From: Mobula hypostoma
Taxonomy: Eukaryota
NCBI RefSeq assembly: GCF_963921235.1
Contig: NC_086097.1
Span: 1,426,001-1,490,000, forward strand
Direction of reading: 5' to 3'
Length of the DNA: 64,000 nt
Shown: positions 1 to 12,320 of the stretch, one piece after another
Position numbering within the stretch: position 1 is the stretch's first letter
Layout of the letters: the number at the start of each line of letters is the position of its first letter
Position numbers and translations under genes: made by a program
Notes under the pieces: model-generated
Databases searched by the model: none
The model's input: only the letters and a program-made list of their open reading frames with translations
What the model was told of the DNA's origin: nothing

Positions 1-270
1 TGAGATTCGTCAGGCATGATTTTCCTTTCAGAAATCCATGCTGACTTTGTCCAATGATTTCACCGCTTTCCAAATGTGCTGTTATCACATCTTTGATAAC
101 TGAATCTGGTATTTCCCCCCCACCGATGTTAGGCTAACCGGTCTATAATTCCCCGGTTTCTCTCTCCCTCCTTTTTTTAAAAAGTGGGGTTACATTAGCC
201 ACTCTCCAATCCTCAGGAACTAGTCCAGAATCTAAAGAGTTTTGAAAAATTATCACTAATGCATCCACTG
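1..270 (-). mobile_element. CR1 LINE RT fragment (cut by window edge)
   Basis: Reverse complement encodes NYRPVSLTS...GQSQHGFLKGKSCLTNL. Confidence 0.85.
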
Positions 271-538
271 TTTAATTTGGCACTATAGTCACAACAGACG
301 TTGTTACTTTGAGAAATTCTGGTTAATTACCATCAAGAGCCAATTAGCCACTTGGGCAGCTTACTTGTAAATCGATGTTGACAGTTCAGTAATCAAGAGT
401 GCAACTCGAATAGATGAATGTTGGGAATTTAGGTGGCAATAAAGTAAAGGCATCCGTTAGTCTTGCGAGACCATGGATCTGTGCCTGGAAAGTCTTCACT
501 CTCCAGGGCACAGGCCTAGGCAAAGTTGTATGAAAGAC

Positions 539-925
539 ATTAGAAGTAATCTTTATGATACTTCAGTTAAATTTGAACAGATTTGGAGACCTTTCATTCA
601 ACATTTTCATTTAACGTAATTTTTTTTCTCTTTGCCCATATTTACATTCCCTTCTTGCTTTGTTTTAAACTGTTTTTAATGGAGGTCGGGTTTGAGGACG
701 TGATTGTTTTAAGTTGTTTAAGTCTACTTGTTACCTAGTTAGCCCATTGCTTTGCTTTGCTTTTTCGATTAGTTGCACGGTGGGTTTTTTTTTGAGTATT
801 TTTCTTCTCTTTACTGATATGTATGGAAAATTAGTATACTATTATATTACCTTGTTATTTTATATCTAAACTGCACTGTTTGTACTAACTTTTTTTTGTG
901 TATTAATCTCTTGCAAATTTATAAT
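539..925 (+). mobile_element. L1-clade LINE 3' end (ORF2 C-terminus plus T-rich 3' UTR)
   Basis: 539-619 reads IRSNLYDTSVKFEQIWRPFIQHFHLT*, resembling fish L1 ORF2 C-termini (KF...W.PF). Confidence 0.6.
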
Positions 926-1068
926 AGAACATAGAATAGTACAGCACAGTACAGGCCCTTTGGCCCACAATGTTGTGCCGACCCTCAAACCCTGCCTCCC
1001 ATATAAGCCCCCGATTCCTCCATATACCTGTCTAGTAGTCTCTTAAACTTCACTAGTGTATCTGCCTC
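925..1068 (-). mobile_element. CR1 3' tail fragment
   Basis: Reverse complement of the CR1 3' end seen at 29550-29588 joined to 32045-32160. Confidence 0.85.
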
Positions 1069-2401
1069 ACATTCAATAGAATGTGATGAAAGCAGAAAAA
1101 CAGGAAGGCATGGTGTTAATCATGTCACTTCAATACCTCCACTGAGAACTAGGCCGAACAATAAACAGAAAGCAAAGACTATATATTTTTGTAATTTACA
1201 GTAATTTTTGTCTTGGACTGGAGGAGGTAGCAGAGGTATTTAATGAATACTTTGCTTCAGTATTCACTACGGAAAAGGATTCTGGCGATTGTAGGGATGA
1301 CTTGCAGCAGACTGAAAAGCTTGAGCATGTAGATTTTAAGAAAGAGGATGTGATGGAACTTTTAGAAAGCACGTAAGTCACCGGGACCGGACGGGATGTA
1401 CCCCAGGCTACTGTGGGAGGCGAGGGAGGAGATTGCTGAGCCTCTGGCGATGATCTTTGCATCATCAATGAGGATGGGAGAGGTTCCGGAGGATTGGAGG
1501 GTTGTGGATGTTGTTCCCTTATTCAAGAAAGGGAGCAGAGATAGCCCAGGAAATTATAGACCAGTGAGTCTTACTTCAGTGGTTAGTAAGTTGATAGAGA
1601 AGATCCTGAGAGGCAGGATTTATGAACATTTGGAGAGACATAATATGATTAGGAATAGTCAGCATGGCTTTGTCAAAGGTAGATTGCGCCTTACGAGCCT
1701 GATTGAATTTTTTTTGAGGATGTGACTAAACACATTGATGAAGGAAGAGCAGTAGATGTAGTGTATATGGATTTCAGCAAGGCATTTGATAAGGTACCCC
1801 ATGCAAAGCTTATTGAGAAAGTAAGGAGGCATGGGATCCAAGGGGACATTGCTTTGTGGATCCAGAACTGGCTTGCCCACAGAAAGCAAAGGGTGGTTGT
1901 AGACGGGTCATATTCTGCATGGTGGTCGGTGACCAGTGGTGTCCCTCAGGGACCTGTTCTGGGACCCCTTCTCTTCGTGATTTATATAAATGACCTGGAT
2001 AAGGAAGTGGAGGGATGGGTTAGTAAATTTGCTGATGACACAAAGGTTAAGGTGTTGTGGATAGTGTGGAGGGCTGTCAGAGGTTATTGATAGGATGCAA
2101 AACTGAGCTGAGAAGTGGCAGATGGAGTTCAACTCAGATAAGTGTGAGGTGGTTCATTCTGGGAGGTCAAATATGATGGCAGAATATAGTATTAATAGTA
2201 AGACTCTTGGCAGTGTGGAGGATCAGAGGGATCTTGGGGTCCAAGTCCTTAGGACACTCAAAAGCAGATGCACAGGTTCACTGTGTGGCTAAGAAGGCAT
2301 ACGGTGCATTGGCCTTCATCAATCATGGGATTGAGTTTAAGAGCCAAGAGGTAATGTTGCAGCTATATAGGACCCTGGTCAAACCCCACTTGGAGTAATG
2401 T

Positions 2402-2918
2402 CTATCCACGGCCTCCTCTACTGTAAAGATGAAGCCACACTCAGGTTGGAGGAACAACACCTTATATTCCGTCTGGGTTGCCTCCAACCTGATGGCATGA
2501 ACATTGACTTCTCTAACTTCTGTTAATGCCCCACCTCCCCCTCGTACCCCATCTGTTACTCATTTTTATGCACACATTCTTTCTCTCACTCTCTTTTTCT
2601 CCCTCTGTCCCTCTGAATATACCTCTTGCCCATCCTCTGGGTCACCCCCCCCCCCGTCTTTCTTCCCGGACCTCCTGTCCCATGATCCTCTCGTATCCCC
2701 TTTTGCCTATCACCTGTCCAACTCTCGGCTCTATCCCTCCCCCTCCTGTCTTCTCCTATCATTTTGGATCTCCCCCTCCCCCTCCAACTTTCAAATCCCT
2801 TACTCACTCTTCCTTCAGTTAGTCCTGACGAAGGGTCTCGGCCTAAAACGTCGACTGCACCTCTTCCTACAGATGCTGCTTGGCCTGCTGCGTTCACCAG
2901 CAACTTTGATGTATGTTG
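2402..2918 (+). mobile_element. Penelope-like element 3' fragment (GIY-YIG C-terminus plus pLTR with hammerhead-like motif)
   Basis: Encodes IHGLLYCKDEATLRLEEQHLIFRLGCLQPDGMNIDFSNFC*; 13-bp TSD CTTGGAGTAATGT at 2389-2401 and 2919-2931. Confidence 0.85.
2821..2856 (+). ncRNA. Degenerate minimal type I hammerhead ribozyme
   Basis: AGTC-CTGACGA-A-GGGTCTCGGCCT-AAAAC-GTC-GACT: stem I AGTC/GACT, intact CUGANGA, GAAA mutated to AAAA. Confidence 0.6.
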
Positions 2919-3669
2919 CTTGGAGTAATGTGCTCAGTTCTGGTCGCCTCACTACAGGAAGGATGTGGAAGCCACAGAAAGGGAGCAGAGGAGATTCACA
3001 AGGATGTTGCCTGGATTGGGGAGCATGCCGTATGAAAATAGATTGAGTGGACTTGGCCTTTTCTCCTTGGAGCAACGGAGGATGAGAGGTGACCTGATAG
3101 AGCTTTATAAGATAATGAGAGGCACTGATCATGTGGATAGTCAGAGGCTTTTTCCCAGGGCTGAAATGGCTAACACGAGAGGGCATAGTTTTAAGGTGCT
3201 TGGAAGTAGGTACAGAGGAGATGTCAGGGATAAGTTTTTTTTTAATGCAAAGAGCGGTGAGTACATGGAATGGGCTGCCGGCGATGGTGATGGAGGCAGA
3301 AACGATAGTGTCTTTTAAGAGACTCCTGGATAAGTACATGGAGGTTAGAAAAATAGAGGGCTATGGATAAGCCTCGGTAATTTCTCAGGTAAGGACATGC
3401 TCGGCATAGCTTTGTGGACCTAAGGGCCTGTATTGTGCTGTAGGTTTTCTCTGTTTCTATGATAAAAATGATTCAGATTCAGAAAGGAAAGATTCCAACA
3501 TGCGAGAATAGTCAAAAAGTTAGGGCCTCAATGCATCCCAGAAAATTGGTATATCAGATCCAAACCTGGTTTATCAATAGGATGATAATAGAAGGTTGAT
3601 TTTTTGATTGTAAGCTTGTGATTGGTATTCTGCTGGGATCTGTACTGAGACCCTTGTTAATTGTAATAT

Positions 3670-4455
3670 AGATAGACAGACACTGTATTGATCCCAAGGG
3701 AAATTACAGGGTCTCAGTGGCATTACAAGGACACAAATATACAAATACTGGAAGAGAAATAAGAATAAAAAAAATAAGTTAACTAAAACAGTCTAGTGGG
3801 GGGGGGGGTGGTCATCACTTTTCCGGCTATAGGTTGAGTCATCATAGAGCCTAATGGCCAAGGGCAAGAATGACCTCATATGGCACTCTTCGGGACAGCA
3901 CAGTTGTCTTAGTCTATTACTAAAAGTGCTCCTCTGCTCAGCCAAGGTGGATGCAGAGGATAAGAACATTGTCCAGAACTGCCAGGATTTTCCATAAGGT
4001 CCTTTGTTCTACCAGTCTCCAAAGTGTCCAGTTTGACTCCTGTAACAGAGTCAGCCTTTCTAACCCGTGTTAGTGCCATTGGAAGATTGTACTGGCAACA
4101 ACAGACTGCTAGGACATGTGAAGGAGAGGCCTGCATACTCCAAAGGACCTTACTCTCATCAGGAAGTAGAAGTGACTGTCCCTTCTCCTACACAGCTTCT
4201 GTGTTGGTGCTCCACTCAAGTCTGTCATCCAGGTGCACCCCCAGGTACTTGTAGGTTCTCACTGCATCCATGTCTTCACCAACAAAAGTGACGGGGAGCT
4301 GTGCAGGCTTCATCTTCCTAAAGCCCATCACCATCTCCTTTATCTTACTGATGTCGAGCTGCAGATGATTCAGCTTAAACTATCTGACAAAGTCCTCCAC
4401 CAGGGACCTGTATTCATCCTCCTGTTCTCCCTTTATACACCCAACTATTGCTATT
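3670..4455 (-). mobile_element. Rex1/Babar LINE 3' fragment
   Basis: Minus strand encodes AIVGCIKGEQEDEYRSLVEDFV and RSFLPLAIRL; simple-repeat tail near 3670. Confidence 0.75.
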
Positions 4456-4479
4456 GAGTCCAGCAATGAGTGCTGTATG

Positions 4480-7092
4480 GTATTGAATACATGAATAGTT
4501 TGGAAGAGAATGTAGGTGGGATGATCAGCAGGTCTGTATATGGCACAAAGATTGGTGAAATAGCTGACAGCTTGGATGGAAGCCTTAGCCTTATCATATT
4601 GAGGTATTGGCAAAATGGGCTGAGAGATTGCACATGGAGGTTAATTGTGATAAATACAAGGTGAGCTATTCTGAGAATACTAATATGGCTAAGATAAATG
4701 CCATGAATGGTAGGTTCTTGGAGAGTATTATTGAACAGAGGAACTTCAGTGTACAAGTCCAAAGGTCCTTGCAGGTGGCAGCTCAGGTAGCTAACATGTT
4801 TCAGAAGGAAGGTAACATAGTTAAGGAGGCAGCTAGAATACTAGTCTTCATTAGTCAGGGTATTGAATACAAAAGCAGAAAGGTTATATTCCAACTTAGT
4901 AACTTCAATTGGAGTAAGGGGAATTATGAGGCTATCAGGCAGAAAATTGGAAGCTTAAATTGGAAACAGACGTTCTCAGGGAAAAGTTCGGAAGAAATGT
5001 GGCAAGTGTTCAGGGGATATTTGTGTGGAGTTCTGCATAGGTACATTCCAATGAGACAGGGAGGTTACAGTAGGGTACAGGAACCGTGGTGTACAAAGGC
5101 TGTAATAAATCTAGTCAAGAAGAAAAGAAAAGCTTACAAAAGGTTCAGAGAGCTAGGTAATGTTAGAGATCTAGAAGATTATAAGGCTAATAGGAAGGAG
5201 CTTAAGAAGGAAATTAGGAGAGCCAGAAGGGCCATGAGAAGGCCTTGGCAGGCAGGATTAAAGAAAACTCCAAGGCATTCTACAAGTATGTTAAGAGCAA
5301 GAGGATAATACGTGAAAGAATAGGACCTATCAAGTGTGACAGTAGGAAAGTGTGTATGGAACCGGAGGAAATAGCAGAGCTACTTAATGAATACTTTACT
5401 TCAGTATTTACAGTGGAAAAAGATCTTAGTGATTGTAGTGATGACTTGCAGCAGACTGAAAAGCTTGAGCATGTAGATATTAAGAAAGAGGATGTGCTGG
5501 AGGTTTTGGAAAGCATCAAGTTGGATAAGTCACCGGGACCGGATGAGATGTACACCAGGCTACTTTGGGAGGCGAAGGAGGAGATTTCTGAGCCTCTACC
5601 AATGATCTTTGCATCATCAATGGGGATGGGAGAGGTTCCCAGTGATTGGAGGGTTGCGGATGTTGTTCCTTTATTCAAGTAAGGGAGTAGAGATAGCCCA
5701 GGAAATTATAGACCAGTGAGTCTTACCTCAGTTGGTAAGCTGATGGAGAAGATCCTGAGAGGCAGGATTTACGAACATTTGGAGAGGTATAATATGATTA
5801 GGAATAGTCAGCATGGCTTTGTCAAGGGCAGGTCGTGCCTTACGAGCCTGAATGAATTTTTTGAGGATGTGACTAAACACATTGATGAAGGAAGAGCAGT
5901 AGATGTAGTGTATATGGATTTCAGCAAGGCATTTGATAAGGTACCCCATGCAAGGCTTATTGAGAAAGGAAGGAGGCATGGGATCCAAGGGGACATTGCT
6001 TTGTGGATCCAGAACTGGCTTGTCCACAGAAGGCAAAGAGTGGTTGTAGATGGGTCATATTCTGCATGGAGGTTGGTCACCAGTGGTGTACCTCAGGGAT
6101 CTGTTCTGGGACCCTTACTCTTTGCAATTTTTATAAATGACCTGGATGAGGAAGTGGAGGGATGGGTTAGTAAGTTTGCTGATGACACAAAGGTTGGAGG
6201 CGTTGTGGATAGTGTGGAGGGCTGTCAGAGGTTACAACGGGACATTGATAGGATGCAAAACTGGGCTGAGAAATGGCAGATGCAGTTCAACAGAGATAAG
6301 TGTGAAGTGGTTCATTTTGGTAAGTCAAATATGATGACAGAATATAGTATTAATGGTAAGACTCTTGGCAGTGTGGAGGATCAGAAGGATCTTGGGGTCC
6401 GAGTCCATAGGACGCTCAAAGCAGCTGCGCAGGTTGACCCTGTGGTTAGGAGAGCATACGGTGCATTGGCCTTCATTAGTCGTGGAATTGAATTTAGGAG
6501 CCGAGAGGTAATGTTGCAACTATATAGGACCCTGGTCAGACCCCACTTGGAGTACTGTGCTCAGTTCTGGTCGCCTTACTATAGGAAGGATGTGGAAACC
6601 ATGGAAAGGGTGCAGAGGAGATTTTCAAGGATGTTGCCTGGATTGGGGAGCATGCCTTATGAGACTAGGTTCAGTGAACTTGGCCTTTTCTCCTTGGAGC
6701 GATGGAGGATGAGAGGTGACCTGGTAGAGGTGTATAAGATGATGAGAGACATTGATCGTGTGGATAGTCAGAGACTTTTTTCCAGGGCTGAAAATGGCTG
6801 CCACAAGAGGACACAGGTTTAAGGTGCTGGGAAGTAGGTACAGAGGAGATGTCAGGGGTAAGTTTTTTTACACAGAGAGCGGTGAGTGCGTGGAATGGGC
6901 TGCCGGCAACAGTGGTGAAGTCGGATATGATAGGGTCTTTTAAGAGACTTTTGGATAGGTACGTACATGGAGCTGAGAAAAATAGAGGGCTATGGGGAAG
7001 TCTAGAAATTTCTAAGGTTGGGACATGTTGGGCACAACTTTGTGAGCCGAAGGGCCTGTATTGTGCTGTAGGTTTTCCATGTTTCTATGTTT
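4480..7092 (+). mobile_element. CR1 LINE: old fragment ~4480-4895 plus a younger ORF2 copy 4895-7092
   Basis: ORFs 5245..5682 and 5716..6822 (368-aa RT); (TTCTATGT)-like tail; same subfamily as 1220-3461. Confidence 0.93.
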
Positions 7093-7099
7093 CTCCATT

Positions 7100-7620
7100 G
7101 GCCAGACCTCAAATGGGCTTTATGTGTAGTTCTAGTCATTACATTAATAGAAAGATGAAATAGTTCTGGAGGATGCAGAGGAGATAGCCAGGACGTGGCC
7201 TGGGATGGAGTTTCAGTTATGTGGAAAGTAAGGAGCTGCTGGGCCTGTTTACTCGGGAACAGAATAGATAAAATAAGGTACAAAGAATTATGAGGGCAAT
7301 AGATACGGGGAAATCTTTTCTGCCGTATACCATATCAAAAGGCAGACAAACTAGAGATCATAAATTTATGGTAAAGGACAAGAGATTCAGAAGAGGCCTG
7401 AGGAGGAGCTTTTTCCGTGTAGCATTGAGTACATGGAACACAGTGCCTGAGGGAGTGGTGGGAGGTGGGTCACAGAGCTTTTCAGTGCCAAAACAAGCAT
7501 CTGAATCACATAGGCCTCAAATGCTACAGGCCAAGTGCTAGAAAATGGGATTAGTGATCCCCTCCAGTCAGCATGGATATGTCGGCCAAATGGCCTCTTT
7601 CCATGCTGTACAACTCTTAT
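7100..7620 (+). mobile_element. Highly decayed CR1 3' end
   Basis: TRDHKFMVKDKRFR...FF..WNTVPEGVV similarity to the CR1 ORF2 C-terminus. Confidence 0.6.
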
Positions 7621-8149
7621 AGTGGGAACAGAAAAGGGCTTTAGAGTAAAGTTCTCTACAGCTACATGAGTCTATCAAGCCCTCATTATCTGCAGATATA
7701 CTGTACTGTGAAATATCTGTGCCCCTATCCCTCAGAAAGAGTTTGGATTCAGTGTAGTAAGAGAAGGTTTGGAGTCGATGAAGAACTAAAGAGATAGAGC
7801 AATGCAGATGTTATCTGAACAGATTTTCAAGTACCACCACAAAAATCACAAGGCTGTCGAGTGAAATAGAAGCCCATGGTATAAACAGCTCTAACGCAGC
7901 ATGGTGAAAACATTAACAAACTCCAACATAAAAGCTGATAAAGCTGGAAATACACAGCAAGTAGGAAGAGAAATGAAGTTCATTCAAACTGAAGATTCTG
8001 GGACAATGGACATTTCACCTGAAATGTTAAATGTTTCCCATTGTTACAATTTACCTATCACAGCAACAGGTCTATTGGCTTTGGAGTACCCAGCCAACAG
8101 CAAAACGTACACCAGACTGTTTATCGATTACAGCTGTGTTCAATACCAT

Positions 8150-8384
8150 GTGTTGGGCACGTGGCCAAGTGGTTAAGACGTTCGTCTAGTTATCTCAAGG
8201 TCGCTGGTTCGAGCCTCAGCTGTGGCGGCATGTTTGTGCCCTTGAGCAAGGCACTTAATCACACATTGCTCTAGTGTCTGTGCGAGGAGTGGTGCCCCGC
8301 ACAGACTTCCAATCTGCAGCTTGTAAGGCATGAAAATGCCTGACGCAGGCCTCTCATGGTCTGAGTCGACGTTCGACATTCCCC
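8150..8384 (+). mobile_element. tRNA-derived SINE with CORE-like body and RTE-like tail
   Basis: Pol III A box TGGCCAAGTGG, B box GGTTCGAGCC, CORE-like CCTTGAGCAAGGCACTTAA; 10-bp TSD TCAATACCAT at 8140-8149 and 8385-8394. Confidence 0.85.
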
Positions 8385-8439
8385 TCAATACCATCATCAT
8401 TTAGTAGTAATCACCAAGCTTCTAAAATGTGGCCGCTAT

Positions 8440-9150
8440 ATCTCCCGCTACAAGATCGCTGACTTCCTCATCGGGAGACCAGAGTCAGTGTAGATTGGTA
8501 ATAACATCTCCTCCTCCTTCTGAGTCGTGTTGCCGCAACAACCTCACATTCAACCTCAGTAAGGACAAGGAAGTGATTGTGAACTGCAGGAATGGGAAGT
8601 CAGGCGAACACATACACCCTTCAATGAGGAGTGAGAAAGTTTATGTTCCTTGGTTTCAATATCAAGAGGATATGTCCAGGGTCCCAGACCATCACGAAGA
8701 AAAGGCACACCAGAAACTCTGCTCCAGAGCAGTCTGAAAAGATTTAGTAAGACTAGTAAAATGTACAGTGGCGAGCATTCTAACTGGTTGTATCACAGCC
8801 TGCAATTCACCAGATCACAAGAGGGTGCAGAGGTTTGTAGATTTAGCCTGCTCCATCAAAGGTGCAACTCTTCCCACCACAGAGGATATCTTCCAGAGAC
8901 AATGTCTCAAAAAGGCAGCATTATCATCAAGAACACTCACCATCCAGGATATGCTCTGTTCTCATCAATACTGTCAGAAAGGATTACAGCAGCCTTCAGA
9001 GAAACAGGACACAATTCAGCAACGGTTTCTTCCCAATGGACACTATCTTTTTGGGGTACTATTTTGTAATTTATAATATTTTAATATCTTTGCACTGTGC
9101 AGCTGCCACAAAATATCCATATAAACACAAGTGATAATTAACTAGATTCT
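8440..9150 (+). mobile_element. Decayed Rex1/Babar LINE 3' part
   Basis: NNLTFNLSKDKEVIVN and ASILTGCITA motifs. Confidence 0.7.
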
Positions 9151-9194
9151 AATTAATCATTCCTATAGATGAAACCAGCCTGTGAGTATTTAAA

Positions 9195-9380
9195 AATGCA
9201 AACACAAGGAATTCCGCAGATGCTGAAATTTCAAGAGATTTGAAAGTGGGAGGGGGAGGGGGGAGATCCGAAACTAGTTCTTCTTTCAGTTAGTCCTTGG
9301 CCCGAAACGTCAACTGTACCTCTTCCTAGAGATGCTGCCTGGTCTGCTGTGTTCACCAGCAACTTTTATGTGTGTTACTG
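9195..9380. mobile_element. Penelope pLTR remnant with inverted segment
   Basis: Shares TTCAGTTAGTCC..GGCCCGAAACGTC..AGATGCTGCCTGG with 2814-2918; the 5' part is in the opposite orientation. Confidence 0.7.
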
Positions 9381-9679
9381 TGAGTATTCCATTTATTTTA
9401 GATTTTCAGTTTTTGATTTTCACTGACTTACAGCTGGAGGCAGGTAGAGAGAAGCAATCCAAAGATCAGAGCAAGCACCACTGCCTTCAAGCATTTGGCC
9501 GTGACTTCAGCAGGTCTGCTCTGAAAGCACCCCCTGGGTCCAACCTGGGCAACTCGTTCCCTCATGGCACTTGTGTGCAGTCCTTTAAAAAGAGGCTGAA
9601 TTCCACCTCCTCAAAAGGTGACCAGGGATGATGCACCCCATACATTTTCTCTCTTCTTTCTCCCACTGGGCTGAAAAAA

Positions 9680-9885
9680 CATAATGACAGAAGAAATAGG
9701 AGCAGGAGTCAGCCATCTGGCCCATCGAGCCTGTTCCGCCATTCAATAAGATCATGGCTGACCTGGCCATGGACTCACTCCACCCACCTGCCTTTTCCCC
9801 ATAACCTTTAATTCCCCTACTATTCAAAAATCTATCCAACCTTGTCTTAAGTATATACTGTACTGAGGAAGCCTCCACTGCTTCA
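9680..9885 (-). mobile_element. CR1 3' tail
   Basis: Minus-strand ORF ...LDRFLNSRGIKGYGEKAG. Confidence 0.8.
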
Positions 9886-10681
9886 GAAGGCCACAGTTGA
9901 AAGCTTAACATCAAAAGATTAAAAAAAAAGACATAGGCAGTGGTGTGGCTCTGTCGGGAGGAGATGGAATTACATCTTTAGAAAGGACGTAGGGTCAGAG
10001 AATGTTGAATCTTTGTGGGTGGAGTTAAGAAACTGCAAGGGTAAAAACACCATTATAGGAATCATATATAGGCCTCCAAATAATAGCCAAGATGTGGGAT
10101 TGAGATTGCAAAGGGAGCTGGAAAAGGCATGTTTCAAGGGTAATGACACAGTTGTAATGGGGAGCTTCAATATGCAAGGAGATTGGGAAAATCAGGTTGG
10201 TATCGGATCACAAGAGAGGGAATTTGTTGAATACCTATGAGATGGCTATTTAGAGCAGTTTGTGCTTGAGCCTACTCGGGGAAAGACTATCTTAGGTTGG
10301 ATAATGTATAAGAATTCAGATCTTATTTGGGAGCTTAATGTAAGGAACCCTTAGGAGACTGATCATAATATGATTAAATTCATACTGCGGTTTGAGAAGG
10401 AGAAGTCATATGCATCAGTATTGCAATGGAATAAGGGGAATTACAGAGGCATGAGAGAAGAGTTTGCCCAGGTGGATTGGAGGAGGATACTGGCAAGGAT
10501 GATGGCAGAGCAGAGATGGCCGAAGTTTCTGGGAATAGTTCACAAGGTGCAGGATAGATATGTCCTACAGAGGAAGAAGTTCTTAAATGGCTGACAAAGT
10601 TAGTTAAGGACTGCATAAAACCAAAGAAGGTTAGCAAAAGCGAGTGGGAAGTTGGATGATTGGGATGCTTTGAAAATCCAA

Positions 10682-11252
10682 CAAGATCTCACGTGGTCTG
10701 TACACACCAGCTGTATGGTGAAAAAGGCACAACAGCGCCTCTTTCACCTCAGACAGTTGAAGTTTGGTATGGGCCCCCAGATCCTAAGAATTTTCTACAG
10801 CAGCACAATTGAGAGCATCCTGACTGGCTGCATCACTGCCTGGTATGGGAACTGTACCTCCCTCAATCGCAGGACCCTGCAGAGAGTGGTGCGGACAGCC
10901 CAGCGCATCTGTAGATGTAAACTTCCCATGATTCAGGACATTTACAAAGACAGGTGTGTAAAACGGGCCCGTAGGATCATTGGGGACCCGAGTCACCCCA
11001 ACCACAATCTATTCCAGCTGCTACCATCCAGGAAGACGTACCGCAACATAAAAGCCAAGACCAACAGGCTCTGGGACAGTTTCTTCCACCAAGCCATCAG
11101 ATAGATTAACTCACGCTGATCTGAGTGTATTCCATGTTACATTGACTGTTCTATTTATTATAAATTACAATGATTGCACATTGCATATTTAGACAGAGAC
11201 GTAACATAAAGATTTCTACTCCTCACGTACTGTATGTGAACGATGTAAGAAA
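10682..11252 (+). mobile_element. Rex1/Babar LINE 3' fragment
   Basis: DLTWSVHT..KKAQQRLFHLRQL..IESILTGCITAWYG..SFFHQAIR. Confidence 0.85.
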
Positions 11253-12320
11253 TCACAGACAGGACCCAGGCTGTAAAAATAGGGGACAAGCTCTCCTCTA
11301 CAATCACTCTGAGCACCGGTGCCCCACAAGGCTGTGTACTCAGCCCCCTGCTGTACTCACTGTACACTCATGATTGTGTAGCCAAGTTTCCATCAAACTC
11401 AATATATAATTTTGCTGATGACACCACAATTGTAGGCCGTATCTCGGGTAATGATGAATTTGAGTACAGAGAGGAAATTAAGAACCTGGTGGCACGGTGC
11501 GAAGACAATAACCTATACCTCAATGTCAGCAAGACGAAGGAATTGGTTGTTGACTTCAGAAGGAATAGCGGACCGCACGACCCAATTTACATCGGTGGTG
11601 CGCAAGTGGAACAGGTCAAAAGCTTTAAGTTCCTCGGGGTCAATATCACAAATGACCTGACCTGGTCCAACTAAGCAGAGTTCACTGCCAAGAAGGCCCA
11701 CCAGCGCCTTTACTTCCTGAGGAAGCTAAGGAAATTTGACCTGTCCCCTAACACCCTCACTAATTTTTATAGATGCACCGTAGAAAGCACTCTTCTGGGG
11801 TGCATCACAACCTGGTATGGAAGTTGTCCTGTCCAAGACCGGAAGAAGCTGCAGAAGATCGTGAACACGGCGCAGCACATCACACAAACCAATCTTCCAT
11901 CCGTGGACTCACTTTACACCGCACGCTGTCAGAGCAGTGCTGCCAGGATAATCAAGAACACGACCCACCCAGCCAACACACTTTTCGTCCCTCTTCCCTC
12001 CGGGAGAAGGTTCAGGAGCTTGAAGACTCGTACGGCCAGATTTGGGAACAGCTTCTCTCCAACTGTGATAAGACTGCTGAACGGATCCTGACCCAGATCT
12101 GGGCCGTACCCTCCAAGTATCCGGACCTGCCTCTTGGTTTTTTTGTACTACCTTACTTTCCCTTTTCTATTTTCTATTTATGATTTATAATTTAAATTTT
12201 TAATATTTACTATCGATTTGTACTCCAGGGAGCACGAAGAGCAGAATCAAATATCGCTGTGATGATTGTACACTCTAGTATCAATTGTTTGGTGACAATA
12301 AATATAAAAGTAACGTATAA
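11253..12320 (+). mobile_element. Rex1/Babar LINE 3' fragment (young)
   Basis: GAPQGCVLSPLLYSLYTHDC, FADDTTIVG, NVSKTKELVVDFRR; closely similar to 63030-64000. Confidence 0.9.

Larger units (their letters stand above)
1220..3461 (+). mobile_element. 5'-truncated CR1 LINE (ORF2 RT, frameshifted), interrupted by a Penelope insertion
   Basis: ORFs 1396..2398 and 2965..3370 carry DFSKAFDKVPH, GVPQG and KFADDTK; 3' tail TTCTCTGTTTCTATG. Confidence 0.93.

Noticed and set aside
445..538. Short segment resembling a retroelement (possibly RTE) 5' end
   Set aside because: Too short to classify without a database search.
8155..8230. tRNA gene
   Set aside because: It is a SINE head that continues into a CORE-like body within a TSD; no complete cloverleaf.
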